Virus record (IMG/VR): IMGVR_UViG_3300008459_009572
Span: 1 to 63,271 of that record
DNA length: 63,271 nucleotides
Source: a virus
Lineage: Duplodnaviria > Caudoviricetes
Strand: one strand, 5' to 3'
The notes below the pieces were generated by a model. The model ran no database searches and had not been told where the DNA came from. It was given only the letters and a program-made list of their open reading frames with translations. The position numbers and the translations under genes were made by a program. This document shows, piece by piece, positions 48,266-56,819 of the stretch (its first letter is position 1; every line of letters starts with the position of its first letter).

Positions 48266-48985
48266 ATGAAAAATTTATTCATATTATTAAGTTGCTTTTT
48301 ATTAAGCAACATAGTGACTGCTCAAACTATTGGCAGCACAAAAACCGAACAGTACAAAGCGTCTTTCGAAACCAAAGTTGATATATCTCAATTCTTAGAC
48401 TATGACGGTCCAACTATCCCAATACAAATTCTCAAATGCGGTATTGGTGATGAAGTTTATGACCAATATCCTGAACTCAAAGAAAAGAAAGTGGGTTTGG
48501 GTGTGGCTAACATCACGTTGGAATATCTTGAAAATCTTAATCGATTTACATTTACAGAAGACAAAACTGAGATCAAAAACAGAATGGTTAAACAGTTCCA
48601 AGCATCTCAAGCTGGCATTAGTCAAGATAAACTTGATGGTCGTGGTAAAATACGCCTTGCTCACTATTTTGTGGAAATTGAGGTATATGACTGGAGTGTA
48701 AGTGACGATGAAGAAGTAAATTTAAAAGACGGAGTTAAAAATACAATGGTAACTCGTTTAGGATTACAAGTACGCTTTACAAATGCTGAAACAGGAGAAA
48801 TAATAGCAGCTTCAGGTTTAGGTGAAGCTAAAACAACTCGTGAATTAACTCTATTATCAGATGCAACTGTTGATCCTGTTAAATTTAATCAATCAACTGT
48901 ATCAATCGCTACTAAAAAAGCACTCGATATAGCTTGTGCTCGTATCTTAAAACGTATGGTTAGTAAAGGAGTATTTACTAAGTAA
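48266..48985 (+). CDS. CsgG/HfaB-family (curli transport-like) secreted protein
   Basis: Signal peptide; GLGVANI..EYL...RF, AHYFV, LQVRFTNAETGEIIAASG.GEA. Confidence 0.65.
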   Translation: MKNLFILLSCFLLSNIVTAQTIGSTKTEQYKASFETKVDISQFLDYDGPTIPIQILKCGIGDEVYDQYPELKEKKVGLGVANITLEYLENLNRFTFTEDKTEIKNRMVKQFQASQAGISQDKLDGRGKIRLAHYFVEIEVYDWSVSDDEEVNLKDGVKNTMVTRLGLQVRFTNAETGEIIAASGLGEAKTTRELTLLSDATVDPVKFNQSTVSIATKKALDIACARILKRMVSKGVFTK

Positions 48986-50403
48986 TGAAATGGCTATTAG
49001 TATTATTAGTAACATTATTGTTAGCTACTAGTGCTAATAGCCAAACTTATACTCAAACCTTCACTGATAGATGTACTGGGGAAATTAGAGTTGCAACCAC
49101 AACAATTATAAATGGTAATGCAACTGTATCATTCTATAACCAAGTCAAAACATTTACCCCTGTAGAAGTACAAAGTGGAGCTGTTCAAACGTGGCTACAA
49201 ACAACATATGCCACTTACAATTCATTAGCATGTCCAACAAATACAGCCGTACAACAAGCAGTAACCAATACTGTAAGTCAAGCAGCAGCCCAAGCAGCAT
49301 CAGCGGCCGCAAACGCAGCCTCATCCGCTGCTTCAAGTGCAGCAAGTTCTGCAGCGTCATCAGCAGCGTCAAGTGCAAGCTCAAGCGCTTCATCAGCAGC
49401 GTCATCAGCAGCGTCAAGTGCAAGCTCAAGCGCTTCAACTCCTACTTCGAGTACCTCAACTTCACCACCATCATCATCTTCTTCATCATCATCCTCTTCC
49501 TCCCAATCGTCATCCTCTTCTGGATCTTCCTCTTCATCAGGATCAAGCTCGGAGAGCAAACCAGAAAGTTCAAGTTCAAGCAGCGAGCAAAAATCAGAAC
49601 AAAAATCAGAGCAGAAATCGGAACAAAAACAAGAAGAAAAAAAAGAGGAAAGTAAATCTGAGTCTAAAGAAGAAAAAAAAGAGGAGAAGAAAGAAGAAAA
49701 AAAATCAGATAAAAAAGACGATAAAAAGAAAGATGAAAAAAAACAATTAAGATTAAATCCAATATTAATCAACTCAGATTTAACTACAGCACAAACACCA
49801 AATGGTAAATTTGTACCTATTATTTCATTAGGTATGTCTCAATCCTCAGCTACAGGTGAATCAAGTTGGGGCGCTAACACTATGATATTTGCTGATTTAA
49901 AATCATTTGCTCTATCAGCTAATAAAAGTAATTTAGTACTTAAAAACGGACAATTAAAGGCTATTAAAGCATATTCACATACTTATGCTTGGATGAATGG
50001 TATTCCAATGATATTTAGTGGTTATACTTATGTTAAACCCCATCCACAATATGGGACAATTGGATATAATTTATCATTAATTACTATTAAATTAAAAAGT
50101 GAAAATAAAAGCTACTCATACCAATTAGCATCCTCGATAACTACATTTTGGACTAAACCATATAAAATCACCCCAAGATCAAATATATCACCAGGTGTAT
50201 TTTTAATGGCTTCTCCTTATTCATATAATAATAAAAATGGTAGCACCTGGAGTTATAATATAGGTGGGTTAGTAGGAGCAGGGTATAATTATCAGATATC
50301 AAAACGATTCGCATTTGCAATTGATTATAAATTAAATGCATCAACTGCTAAGGGAGCTCCATTATTAAATTTTGTAATGATTGGAGCAAAATCTATGTTT
50401 TAA
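48985..50403 (+). CDS. Secreted protein with Ala/Ser and Glu/Lys low-complexity linker and putative outer-membrane beta-barrel
   Basis: Signal peptide; alternating aromatic strands in C-terminal half; terminal Phe. Confidence 0.6.
   Translation: MKWLLVLLVTLLLATSANSQTYTQTFTDRCTGEIRVATTTIINGNATVSFYNQVKTFTPVEVQSGAVQTWLQTTYATYNSLACPTNTAVQQAVTNTVSQAAAQAASAAANAASSAASSAASSAASSAASSASSSASSAASSAASSASSSASTPTSSTSTSPPSSSSSSSSSSSQSSSSSGSSSSSGSSSESKPESSSSSSEQKSEQKSEQKSEQKQEEKKEESKSESKEEKKEEKKEEKKSDKKDDKKKDEKKQLRLNPILINSDLTTAQTPNGKFVPIISLGMSQSSATGESSWGANTMIFADLKSFALSANKSNLVLKNGQLKAIKAYSHTYAWMNGIPMIFSGYTYVKPHPQYGTIGYNLSLITIKLKSENKSYSYQLASSITTFWTKPYKITPRSNISPGVFLMASPYSYNNKNGSTWSYNIGGLVGAGYNYQISKRFAFAIDYKLNASTAKGAPLLNFVMIGAKSMF
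49351..49437 (+). repeat. Tandem in-frame repeat (42-nt unit, 45-nt period)
   Basis: GCAGCGTCATCAGCAGCGTCAAGTGCAAGCTCAAGCGCTTCA at 49351 and 49396. Confidence 0.85.
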
Positions 50404-50404
50404 A

Positions 50405-50436
50405 CTTGGTTTGGTCAAAATGTTATCTTATATTTA
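50405..50436 (+). promoter_or_regulatory. Putative promoter (CTTG-N20-TATATTTA, GTCAAA box)
   Basis: Recurring motif. Confidence 0.55.
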
Positions 50437-50457
50437 AGTAAATAAATAAATAAAAAT

Positions 50458-50646
50458 ATGAAAAAAGTAATTTTTACATTTGCACTAGGTTTAGTTCTAG
50501 CGTCTTGCGGTTCAAACAACACAACTGTAATCAATACATCTGATTCTACAGTTATTGATAGTACTGCTGTTGCTGATTCAGCTGTTACTGCTGTTGATTC
50601 AAGTGTAGCTGAAATTAAGGCTGCTGGAGACTCTGTAGCAAAGTAA
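50458..50646 (+). CDS. Small lipoprotein rich in D-S motifs
   Basis: Lipobox LASC; DST, DST, DSA, DSS, DSV. Confidence 0.75.
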   Translation: MKKVIFTFALGLVLASCGSNNTTVINTSDSTVIDSTAVADSAVTAVDSSVAEIKAAGDSVAK

Positions 50647-50654
50647 GTCTAGCA

Positions 50655-50716
50655 ATATTTATTGCTGTAAAAAATTCAAGGTTGTATATGTAAAGGTATA
50701 CAACCTTTTTTATACA
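50655..50716 (+). promoter_or_regulatory. ATATTTAT motif followed by leader hairpin, copy 2
   Basis: AAGGTTGTATA-TGTAAAGG-TATACAACCTT stem. Confidence 0.6.
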
Positions 50717-50738
50717 TGTTAATAAATAAAATCTAAAT

Positions 50739-51332
50739 ATGGACTTAAACAAATTAAAAGGACACATCCCAGATGGTGTAATTGCACAAATTCCTGATGT
50801 AATGAAAACATTCGGAATTGACACAGCAGTTGAATTATCTCATTTTTTATCTCAATGTGGTCATGAATCTGCTGGTTTTAAAGTTGTAAATGAAAACCTA
50901 AATTACAGTGCTAAGGGTTTATTAGGTATATTTAAAAAATACTTCCCAACCCAAGCATTAGCCGAGTCATATCAACGCAAACCAGAAAAGATTGCAAATA
51001 AAGTATATGCATCTAGAATGGGTAATGGTGATGAGGCATCAGGTGAGGGTTTTAAATATCGTGGACGTGGTTATATTCAATTAACAGGTAAATCAAATTA
51101 TACTGCTTTTGGTAAAGCAATTGGTGTTGATATAGCTGCTAATCCTGATTTAGTAGCGACTAAATATCCTTTACTATCTGCTGCTTGGTTCTTTTCTAAA
51201 AATTGTTTACCTAAATGTAAAGATGCTTCTGACGCTACTGTAACAGCTGTTACTAAATGTGTTAATGGTGGTACAATTGGTTTACCGGACCGCCTTAAGC
51301 ATTTTAAAGAATATTATAATTTACTTAAGTAA
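50739..51332 (+). CDS. Glycoside hydrolase family 19 endolysin
   Basis: HFLSQCGHES, ENLNYS, YRGRGYIQLTG..NY, VNGG..GL.DR. Confidence 0.92.
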   Translation: MDLNKLKGHIPDGVIAQIPDVMKTFGIDTAVELSHFLSQCGHESAGFKVVNENLNYSAKGLLGIFKKYFPTQALAESYQRKPEKIANKVYASRMGNGDEASGEGFKYRGRGYIQLTGKSNYTAFGKAIGVDIAANPDLVATKYPLLSAAWFFSKNCLPKCKDASDATVTAVTKCVNGGTIGLPDRLKHFKEYYNLLK

Positions 51333-51364
51333 TTTGGTTATCAAAATAATAAGTTTTATATTTA
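51333..51364 (+). promoter_or_regulatory. Putative promoter (TTTG-N20-TATATTTA)
   Basis: Recurring motif. Confidence 0.5.
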
Positions 51365-51370
51365 ATGGTT

Positions 51371-51733
51371 ATGTGGAGAATAAAAAAATTTTTTAAAGGC
51401 ATTAATAATTTAATAAGGTGGTTCCCAATTATCTGGAAAGATAGAGATTGGGACCACTATTATATTTTTGAGATACTCAAATATAAACTCATATTCATGT
51501 CTAATCATATTCGCAAAAATGGCAATCATGTTTCAGCTGAGTATGATGCTAATAAAATGATGTTGTGTGTTAGATTAATTGATAAGATTCAAAATGAAAA
51601 GTATATGGAAGATCTTATCAACAAAGAAAAATTAACAATGGAAGATCTGAATAAAGGAATAGCTAAACAGAATAAAGCAAGAAAATTATTATTTAAATCA
51701 TTAGAACAAAATATAGAAAGATGGTGGGATTAA
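51371..51733 (+). CDS. Conserved phage hypothetical protein
   Basis: WFPIIWKDRDWD...WWD pattern. Confidence 0.65.
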   Translation: MWRIKKFFKGINNLIRWFPIIWKDRDWDHYYIFEILKYKLIFMSNHIRKNGNHVSAEYDANKMMLCVRLIDKIQNEKYMEDLINKEKLTMEDLNKGIAKQNKARKLLFKSLEQNIERWWD

Positions 51734-51879
51734 TTTTACTTATGATAGCAATAACAGCTACAATTTCCTGGTTATGGGCGGGAGGTATTACTTATATGCA
51801 TAAACATCATAAAGATTATAAAGGTGAAGATTTCCTAAATTGGAAAACAGACAAAGAAGATGAAGAACAAGTACTTTGA
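51721..51879 (+). CDS. Small membrane protein (52 aa), not in ORF track
   Basis: MVGLILLMIAITATISWLWAGGITYMHKHHKDYKGEDFL... Confidence 0.55.
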   Translation: MVGLILLMIAITATISWLWAGGITYMHKHHKDYKGEDFLNWKTDKEDEEQVL

Positions 51880-52033
51880 TCCTCGAATTAGTAGAATAAT
51901 CCAATTAGAATTAATCATTACAGAAGCATTATCTAAAGGTCATAAAGCTAAAGATGATGATGAATTTGAGGAGTATAGAAAGGAATTAAAGCAATTAAGA
52001 AAAGAATTAGATATAAAACGCCAAGCCCAATGA
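51860..52033 (+). CDS. Small helical protein (57 aa), not in ORF track
   Basis: MKNKYFDPRISRIIQLE...; stop overlaps thyA ATG (ATGA). Confidence 0.55.
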   Translation: MKNKYFDPRISRIIQLELIITEALSKGHKAKDDDEFEEYRKELKQLRKELDIKRQAQ

Positions 52034-53031
52034 ATAATATAGATCGCCAATATAAAGAATTACTACTTCAGATTATACATTTTGGAGTAGAAAAGAAAGA
52101 TCGTACAGGAACAGGAACTAAATCAATCTTCGGTTGGCAAATCAGACATAATATGAAGGAAGGATTTCCATTGCTCACAACAAAGAAGATGGCTTGGAAA
52201 TCAATTGTAACAGAATTGTTATGGTTCTTAAGAGGTGATACTAATATTAAATTTTTACATGACAATAATTGCCATATATGGGATGGTGATTATGCTAAAT
52301 CAGGTAGAACAGATGGTGAATTAGGACCAATATATGGTAAGCAATGGAGAAAATGGAAAACAGACAAAACATGGAAGGAACATACAGATTTGGGACCAGG
52401 ATATTTAATTACGACTGAACATCCTATCTATATAGATCAAATCCAAAACCTAATCAACGAACTCAAAACAAACCCCGATAGTAGAAGATTAATGGTTAGT
52501 GCTTGGAATGTAGGTGAATTAGATCAAATGGTATTACCACCTTGTCATTATGGATTTCAAGTTTATACAAGAGAGCTAACAACCAAAGAAAGACTAGCCT
52601 ACTATCCAGCAAACAATGCTGCACCGACTAGAGCAATCTCTTTAATGTGGAATCAACGCTCAGTAGATACATTTTTAGGATTACCATTCAATATTGCTTC
52701 ATACGCTTTATTACTTGAAATAATAGCTAAAACAGTAAATATGGTACCTGATGAATTGATTGGTAACTTAGGTGATGTTCATTTATATAATAATCATTTA
52801 GAACAAGCAGCCGAGCAATGTTCAAGACATCCTTATGAATTACCTAAATTAAATATTAATACTGAATTTTGGCCTACTGAAGGTGGTTCATGTGGAGAAG
52901 GACCCTTAGATGCTACTGCAATATTTGAATCATTTAAGAATGATCGTTTTTGTAAATGCCTATTAGAAGATGATATACAATTAGAAAACTACCAGTCACA
53001 TCCATCTATTAAGGCACCACTTTCAAACTAA
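52030..53031 (+). CDS. thyA: Thymidylate synthase
   Basis: DRTGTGT, FPLLTTKK, ELLWF, LPPCH, QRSVD..LGLPFNIASY. Confidence 0.96.
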   Translation: MNNIDRQYKELLLQIIHFGVEKKDRTGTGTKSIFGWQIRHNMKEGFPLLTTKKMAWKSIVTELLWFLRGDTNIKFLHDNNCHIWDGDYAKSGRTDGELGPIYGKQWRKWKTDKTWKEHTDLGPGYLITTEHPIYIDQIQNLINELKTNPDSRRLMVSAWNVGELDQMVLPPCHYGFQVYTRELTTKERLAYYPANNAAPTRAISLMWNQRSVDTFLGLPFNIASYALLLEIIAKTVNMVPDELIGNLGDVHLYNNHLEQAAEQCSRHPYELPKLNINTEFWPTEGGSCGEGPLDATAIFESFKNDRFCKCLLEDDIQLENYQSHPSIKAPLSN

Positions 53032-53045
53032 ATATATTTATAAAC

Positions 53046-53270
53046 ATGATACGTACAGTCTTCGTAAAAGGAAAAGAATATCATGTTATAACAACATCCA
53101 TTGAAGCAAATGGTATTGTAGCTCCTGTACAAATTCATGTTAACGTTAGTGGTTTAGAGTATTCTGAGAAGTTATTAATTCAAAAACATGCTAATTTGTT
53201 GATGAATAAGGTATTTAAAATGCCTAAACCAAAACAACAACCAAAAAAAGCATGGTATAAATTTTGGTAG
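53046..53270 (+). CDS. Hypothetical protein ending KKAWYKFW
   Basis: ORF with upstream ATATTTAT. Confidence 0.6.
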   Translation: MIRTVFVKGKEYHVITTSIEANGIVAPVQIHVNVSGLEYSEKLLIQKHANLLMNKVFKMPKPKQQPKKAWYKFW

Positions 53271-53293
53271 GCATAAAATAATAACTTAAATTT

Positions 53294-53560
53294 ATGACAG
53301 TTAAGGAATTAATTGAACAACTACAAGCGTTAGATCCTGAATCTAGAGTATTTGTTCGTGGATATGAAGCAGGTTATGATGATATTAATATGGTTAAACC
53401 AAATAAAATGGTTTTGAATGTTAATAATGTTTGGTATTATGGTAAACATGATACATTAGAAAGAGAACATAAACGAGATAAGATATTAAATAAAGATACA
53501 ACCCGAGAATCAATTGACGGGGTAATAATAGGTTATGATGAAGACACTAATATTAGGTGA
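53294..53560 (+). CDS. Hypothetical protein (MTVKELIEQL family)
   Basis: Common phage N-terminal motif. Confidence 0.65.
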   Translation: MTVKELIEQLQALDPESRVFVRGYEAGYDDINMVKPNKMVLNVNNVWYYGKHDTLEREHKRDKILNKDTTRESIDGVIIGYDEDTNIR

Positions 53561-54275
53561 TACACACGGTCGCTCTAACTGGAAATTAGCAATATATCAA
53601 GAACAACCTGACAGAATTATTTTTATAGGTGATTACTTTGACTCATTTGAAATATCAGGTATAGAACAAATTGATAATTTCAAACAAATTATTCAGTATA
53701 AAAACGATAACCCACAAGTTGAAGTTGTATTATTAATTGGTAATCATGATCATCATTATTTTCCTGAAGTTGGTTATACTGGAACTAGTGGTTATCAAGC
53801 AGGAGTTGGTCATTCAATTACTCAAGTCATAGATGAAAATAGGCATCATCTACAAATGGCTTATGGTTTTGGTGAATATCTATTTACTCATGCTGGTGTA
53901 AGTCCCGTTTGGATGGATAAAGTATTTGGGCCTGATGGTTGGAGTAAAGACACTGTTGTAGTTGATTTAAATGAATTGTTTAGATATAAACCTAAAATAT
54001 TTGAGTTTACTGGATTAGAACCAACAGGAGATAATGCAATTCAAACTCCTATATGGATTAGACCTAGATCATTAATGTATGCTAACAAGAAACATGAGAA
54101 AGGATTAAAAAATGATTATATCCAAATTGTAGGCCATACTGTAATGAAAAAACTTAATCTAGAAGGATCAGATAAAAACACAGGTGGCAGATACTATTTT
54201 ATTGACACAATGGAAACATCAGGAGAATATTTGGTTATTCAAAATAATAATCTTACCGTTAACTCAGTAAAATAA
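53538..54275 (+). CDS. Calcineurin-like metallophosphoesterase
   Basis: GDTHG, GDYFD, GNHD, THAG, GHT. Confidence 0.92.
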   Translation: MKTLILGDTHGRSNWKLAIYQEQPDRIIFIGDYFDSFEISGIEQIDNFKQIIQYKNDNPQVEVVLLIGNHDHHYFPEVGYTGTSGYQAGVGHSITQVIDENRHHLQMAYGFGEYLFTHAGVSPVWMDKVFGPDGWSKDTVVVDLNELFRYKPKIFEFTGLEPTGDNAIQTPIWIRPRSLMYANKKHEKGLKNDYIQIVGHTVMKKLNLEGSDKNTGGRYYFIDTMETSGEYLVIQNNNLTVNSVK

Positions 54276-54280
54276 AAGTT

Positions 54281-54514
54281 ATGAAAGCAACATTAAAATT
54301 TAACTTACCCGATGATGATCAGGAATTTGTATTAGCAACTAATGCATCTAATTTTTGGAGTGTTCTTTGGGAATTAGATCAAGATTTAAGAGCAAAAACC
54401 AAATATGCTTCCGATGATCTTCCTCAAGACAAATATGATGCATACCAAGAAGTTAGAGATAAACTTTATGAACTAATGTCGGAAAGTAATATTAGTTTTG
54501 ATATGGTCAGATAA
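54281..54514 (+). CDS. Hypothetical protein
   Basis: MKATLKFNLPDD phage family pattern. Confidence 0.65.
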   Translation: MKATLKFNLPDDDQEFVLATNASNFWSVLWELDQDLRAKTKYASDDLPQDKYDAYQEVRDKLYELMSESNISFDMVR

Positions 54515-54521
54515 ATGGTTG

Positions 54522-54731
54522 ATGAAGAAAAAAAGAGCACAACAAACTAAACGTGAGTGGTTTATTGTTATGAACTCACAATTAGAATACTTTAGTGGAA
54601 TGATGTACGGTGGTGAACTAGTATGGTGTAATGACTATAACGAAGCTAAACCATTAGATGATGAACGTAAATTTAAAATGTTACAATCTCTTTGCTATGG
54701 CGAAGAATTAGTCTTAGATTATATTTCATGA
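54522..54731 (+). CDS. Hypothetical protein
   Basis: ORF; start uncertain (54498 in track). Confidence 0.55.
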   Translation: MKKKRAQQTKREWFIVMNSQLEYFSGMMYGGELVWCNDYNEAKPLDDERKFKMLQSLCYGEELVLDYIS

Positions 54732-54934
54732 GAACAGAAGAAGAACGTTTAGCGCATTATAGAGAATTATTTCTTGAAAAAGTAAAAAAATGGAAATGGG
54801 ATGACTATGAGGAGTGTGTCTACAAAAAACGTGGTCGTAAAGCAAAACAAACTGAACGTATTGAATCTAAACCACGTACAGCAGGTGAACGTAAAGTAGC
54901 ACTTAAACAATCTAAATATAATTGGATAAAATAA
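54728..54934 (+). CDS. Hypothetical basic protein
   Basis: ATGA overlap start. Confidence 0.55.
   Translation: MRTEEERLAHYRELFLEKVKKWKWDDYEECVYKKRGRKAKQTERIESKPRTAGERKVALKQSKYNWIK
54900..54925. repeat. 26-bp direct repeat, copy 1 (CACTTAAACAATCTAAATATAATTGG)
   Basis: Exact match to 55502..55527. Confidence 0.9.
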
Positions 54935-54939
54935 ATAGT

Positions 54940-55500
54940 ATGGAAAATTTAATCAGAATAATAGAAGGGTGGGATTACTCAACTGTTGATAATAGATGTT
55001 TTGAAAACGAAGGGTGTATTGTTGATTTAGGATGTAGAGGTTGGGATTGGTCAAAAATATTTATTGGTAAAAAAAGAGTTATTGGGGTTGATCCTTTTGA
55101 AAAACAAATTCCTAATACTGAATTTTTTAAAGGTATTATAGATACATATGATGGACAAACTAAATTGTTAGATGTAGGTTTTGGTACTAATAGTAAATTT
55201 AATTCTTCTGGGGAAATTGTAGAAGTAAAGACATGGAATACTTTTATTAAGGAATATAATATAGATAAAATAGCAGTATTAAAGCTTAATATTGAAGGAA
55301 CTGAATACGATATAATTGATAATTTTAATGACAATGATTTTAATAATATAGATCAAATTGCAGTAAGTTTTCATGAAAATATAGTACCTGAGCTAAAAGG
55401 GAGAACAGAAAAAACTTTAAAACTTTTAGAATCAAAAAACTATAAAATAATAAAAATTAATGAAGCATGGAATTGGTATCTAGCGATAAAAAATAAATAA
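54940..55500 (+). CDS. FkbM-family methyltransferase
   Basis: IVDLG, IGVDP, LKLNIEGTEY, QIAVSFH. Confidence 0.75.
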   Translation: MENLIRIIEGWDYSTVDNRCFENEGCIVDLGCRGWDWSKIFIGKKRVIGVDPFEKQIPNTEFFKGIIDTYDGQTKLLDVGFGTNSKFNSSGEIVEVKTWNTFIKEYNIDKIAVLKLNIEGTEYDIIDNFNDNDFNNIDQIAVSFHENIVPELKGRTEKTLKLLESKNYKIIKINEAWNWYLAIKNK

Positions 55501-55501
55501 A

Positions 55502-55527
55502 CACTTAAACAATCTAAATATAATTGG
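55502..55527. repeat. 26-bp direct repeat, copy 2
   Basis: Exact match to 54900..54925. Confidence 0.9.
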
Positions 55528-55529
55528 TT

Positions 55530-55733
55530 ATGATAAACAACAAGTACGAAGCATTAGGTAGTAATTTATTTGGTTTTGAATTATTTGAAGAAGTATTTAA
55601 AGTAATTAACGAACGTGGTTACTCAAATGAGGATAATATGTTTAAAGCAGGTGTAGCAAGTGCTGAGGCTGCTGTTAGACGTTTGAGGGAAGAATATTAT
55701 GAAGCCATATCTAAGATGGCGAATGATGAGTAG
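55530..55733 (+). CDS. Hypothetical protein
   Basis: ORF. Confidence 0.55.
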   Translation: MINNKYEALGSNLFGFELFEEVFKVINERGYSNEDNMFKAGVASAEAAVRRLREEYYEAISKMANDE

Positions 55734-55747
55734 TGATATTTATAGGT

Positions 55748-56374
55748 ATGAAATACCTATTATTCCTTCTTATGTTCATTACTGTTACGACTTATAGTCA
55801 AGATACAGTTACATTACATCATAAAGCATATTCAACTACATTTAGTAAGTCTAAACATTATCCTGTAAAGGTAGAATGGTGGGTTACTAAAGCATCACTA
55901 AATTGTCCTGTTAAAGTAAAACGTGGAGATAAATTCATCCCTGATCCTAAATTAGCAACTGAAACAGATTTACAGGCAGCCTATACAGGACAAGGATTTG
56001 ATCGTGGTCATAATTTCCCAGCAGCAGATGCTGCTTGTGATCAAGTAGCAAACGACGAATCATTTTACTTCAGTAATATGACAGCTCAATACCCAGCATT
56101 AAATAGGGGTGATTGGAAGGTATTAGAAATAATGATACGTGATGAAGCACTTAAATATGATTCAATTCACGTTTGGTGTGGTTCAGTTGGTGAAATTAAA
56201 AAAATAGGTAAAGTATCTATTCCTTCCCAATGTTGGAAGGTAACTTACAATAAACATAAAAATGAATGGGATGCTTTTCTATTTGACAATAATACAAGCA
56301 AAGCAGATGGACTTAAAAACAATCAAGTTGATGTAAAGTTGATTGAGCAAATTACAGGTTTTAAATTTAAATAA
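55748..56374 (+). CDS. Secreted DNA/RNA non-specific endonuclease (NucA/EndoG family)
   Basis: Signal peptide; FDRGH..PAAD, FYFSNMTAQ...NRGDW..LE. Confidence 0.9.
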   Translation: MKYLLFLLMFITVTTYSQDTVTLHHKAYSTTFSKSKHYPVKVEWWVTKASLNCPVKVKRGDKFIPDPKLATETDLQAAYTGQGFDRGHNFPAADAACDQVANDESFYFSNMTAQYPALNRGDWKVLEIMIRDEALKYDSIHVWCGSVGEIKKIGKVSIPSQCWKVTYNKHKNEWDAFLFDNNTSKADGLKNNQVDVKLIEQITGFKFK

Positions 56375-56385
56375 ATAAATAACAA

Positions 56386-56580
56386 ATGCCAATTATCACA
56401 AAAGATCAATCCCAAGACAAAGCGAGTAGAAAATTAGATAAAGCATTACACAAGAAAACAAAACGAAAACCATTACACGAAGAAACTTGGAGTGAATTAA
56501 ATCAAAGAGGAGCAAGTTTGGCTGATCAATTTGAATGGATTAAATTGAAGAAACAACAAAAAGATAGATATGGCAACTAA
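56386..56580 (+). CDS. Hypothetical basic protein
   Basis: ORF. Confidence 0.55.
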   Translation: MPIITKDQSQDKASRKLDKALHKKTKRKPLHEETWSELNQRGASLADQFEWIKLKKQQKDRYGN

Positions 56581-56764
56581 TGCTGAGATGTATCAAAAAT
56601 GTATGGAAATTGAAGCTATGATTACCACAATGGTAATATGTGGTATTACAGATAATCGCAAATTAGTAGAAGCAGTAAATGCCAAATATCCCCCAGCAAC
56701 AGAATGGGAACAAGAGATATATAGTGAAGCTATTATCTATGCTAAACACGCAGTCCTAAATTAG
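56570..56764 (+). CDS. Hypothetical protein
   Basis: ORF. Confidence 0.55.
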   Translation: MATNAEMYQKCMEIEAMITTMVICGITDNRKLVEAVNAKYPPATEWEQEIYSEAIIYAKHAVLN

Positions 56765-56792
56765 GATGGGCAAAATAGTAAGTGTAAATTCA
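56761..56792 (+). promoter_or_regulatory. Putative early promoter (GGCAAA-N10-TAAATTCA)
   Basis: Recurring motif. Confidence 0.55.
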
Positions 56793-56819
56793 ATCATTAA
56801 ATAATTAAAATCAAAGGTT

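Noticed and set aside
49191-49750. Alternative-frame ORFs (Gln/His-rich 49337..49750, 49191..49655)
   Set aside because: By-products of the low-complexity Ala/Ser/Glu/Lys repeat in 48985..50403
52030-53031. thyA as a dCMP hydroxymethylase for modified DNA
   Set aside because: It retains the dUMP-specifying Asn in PFNIASY and all canonical ThyA motifs
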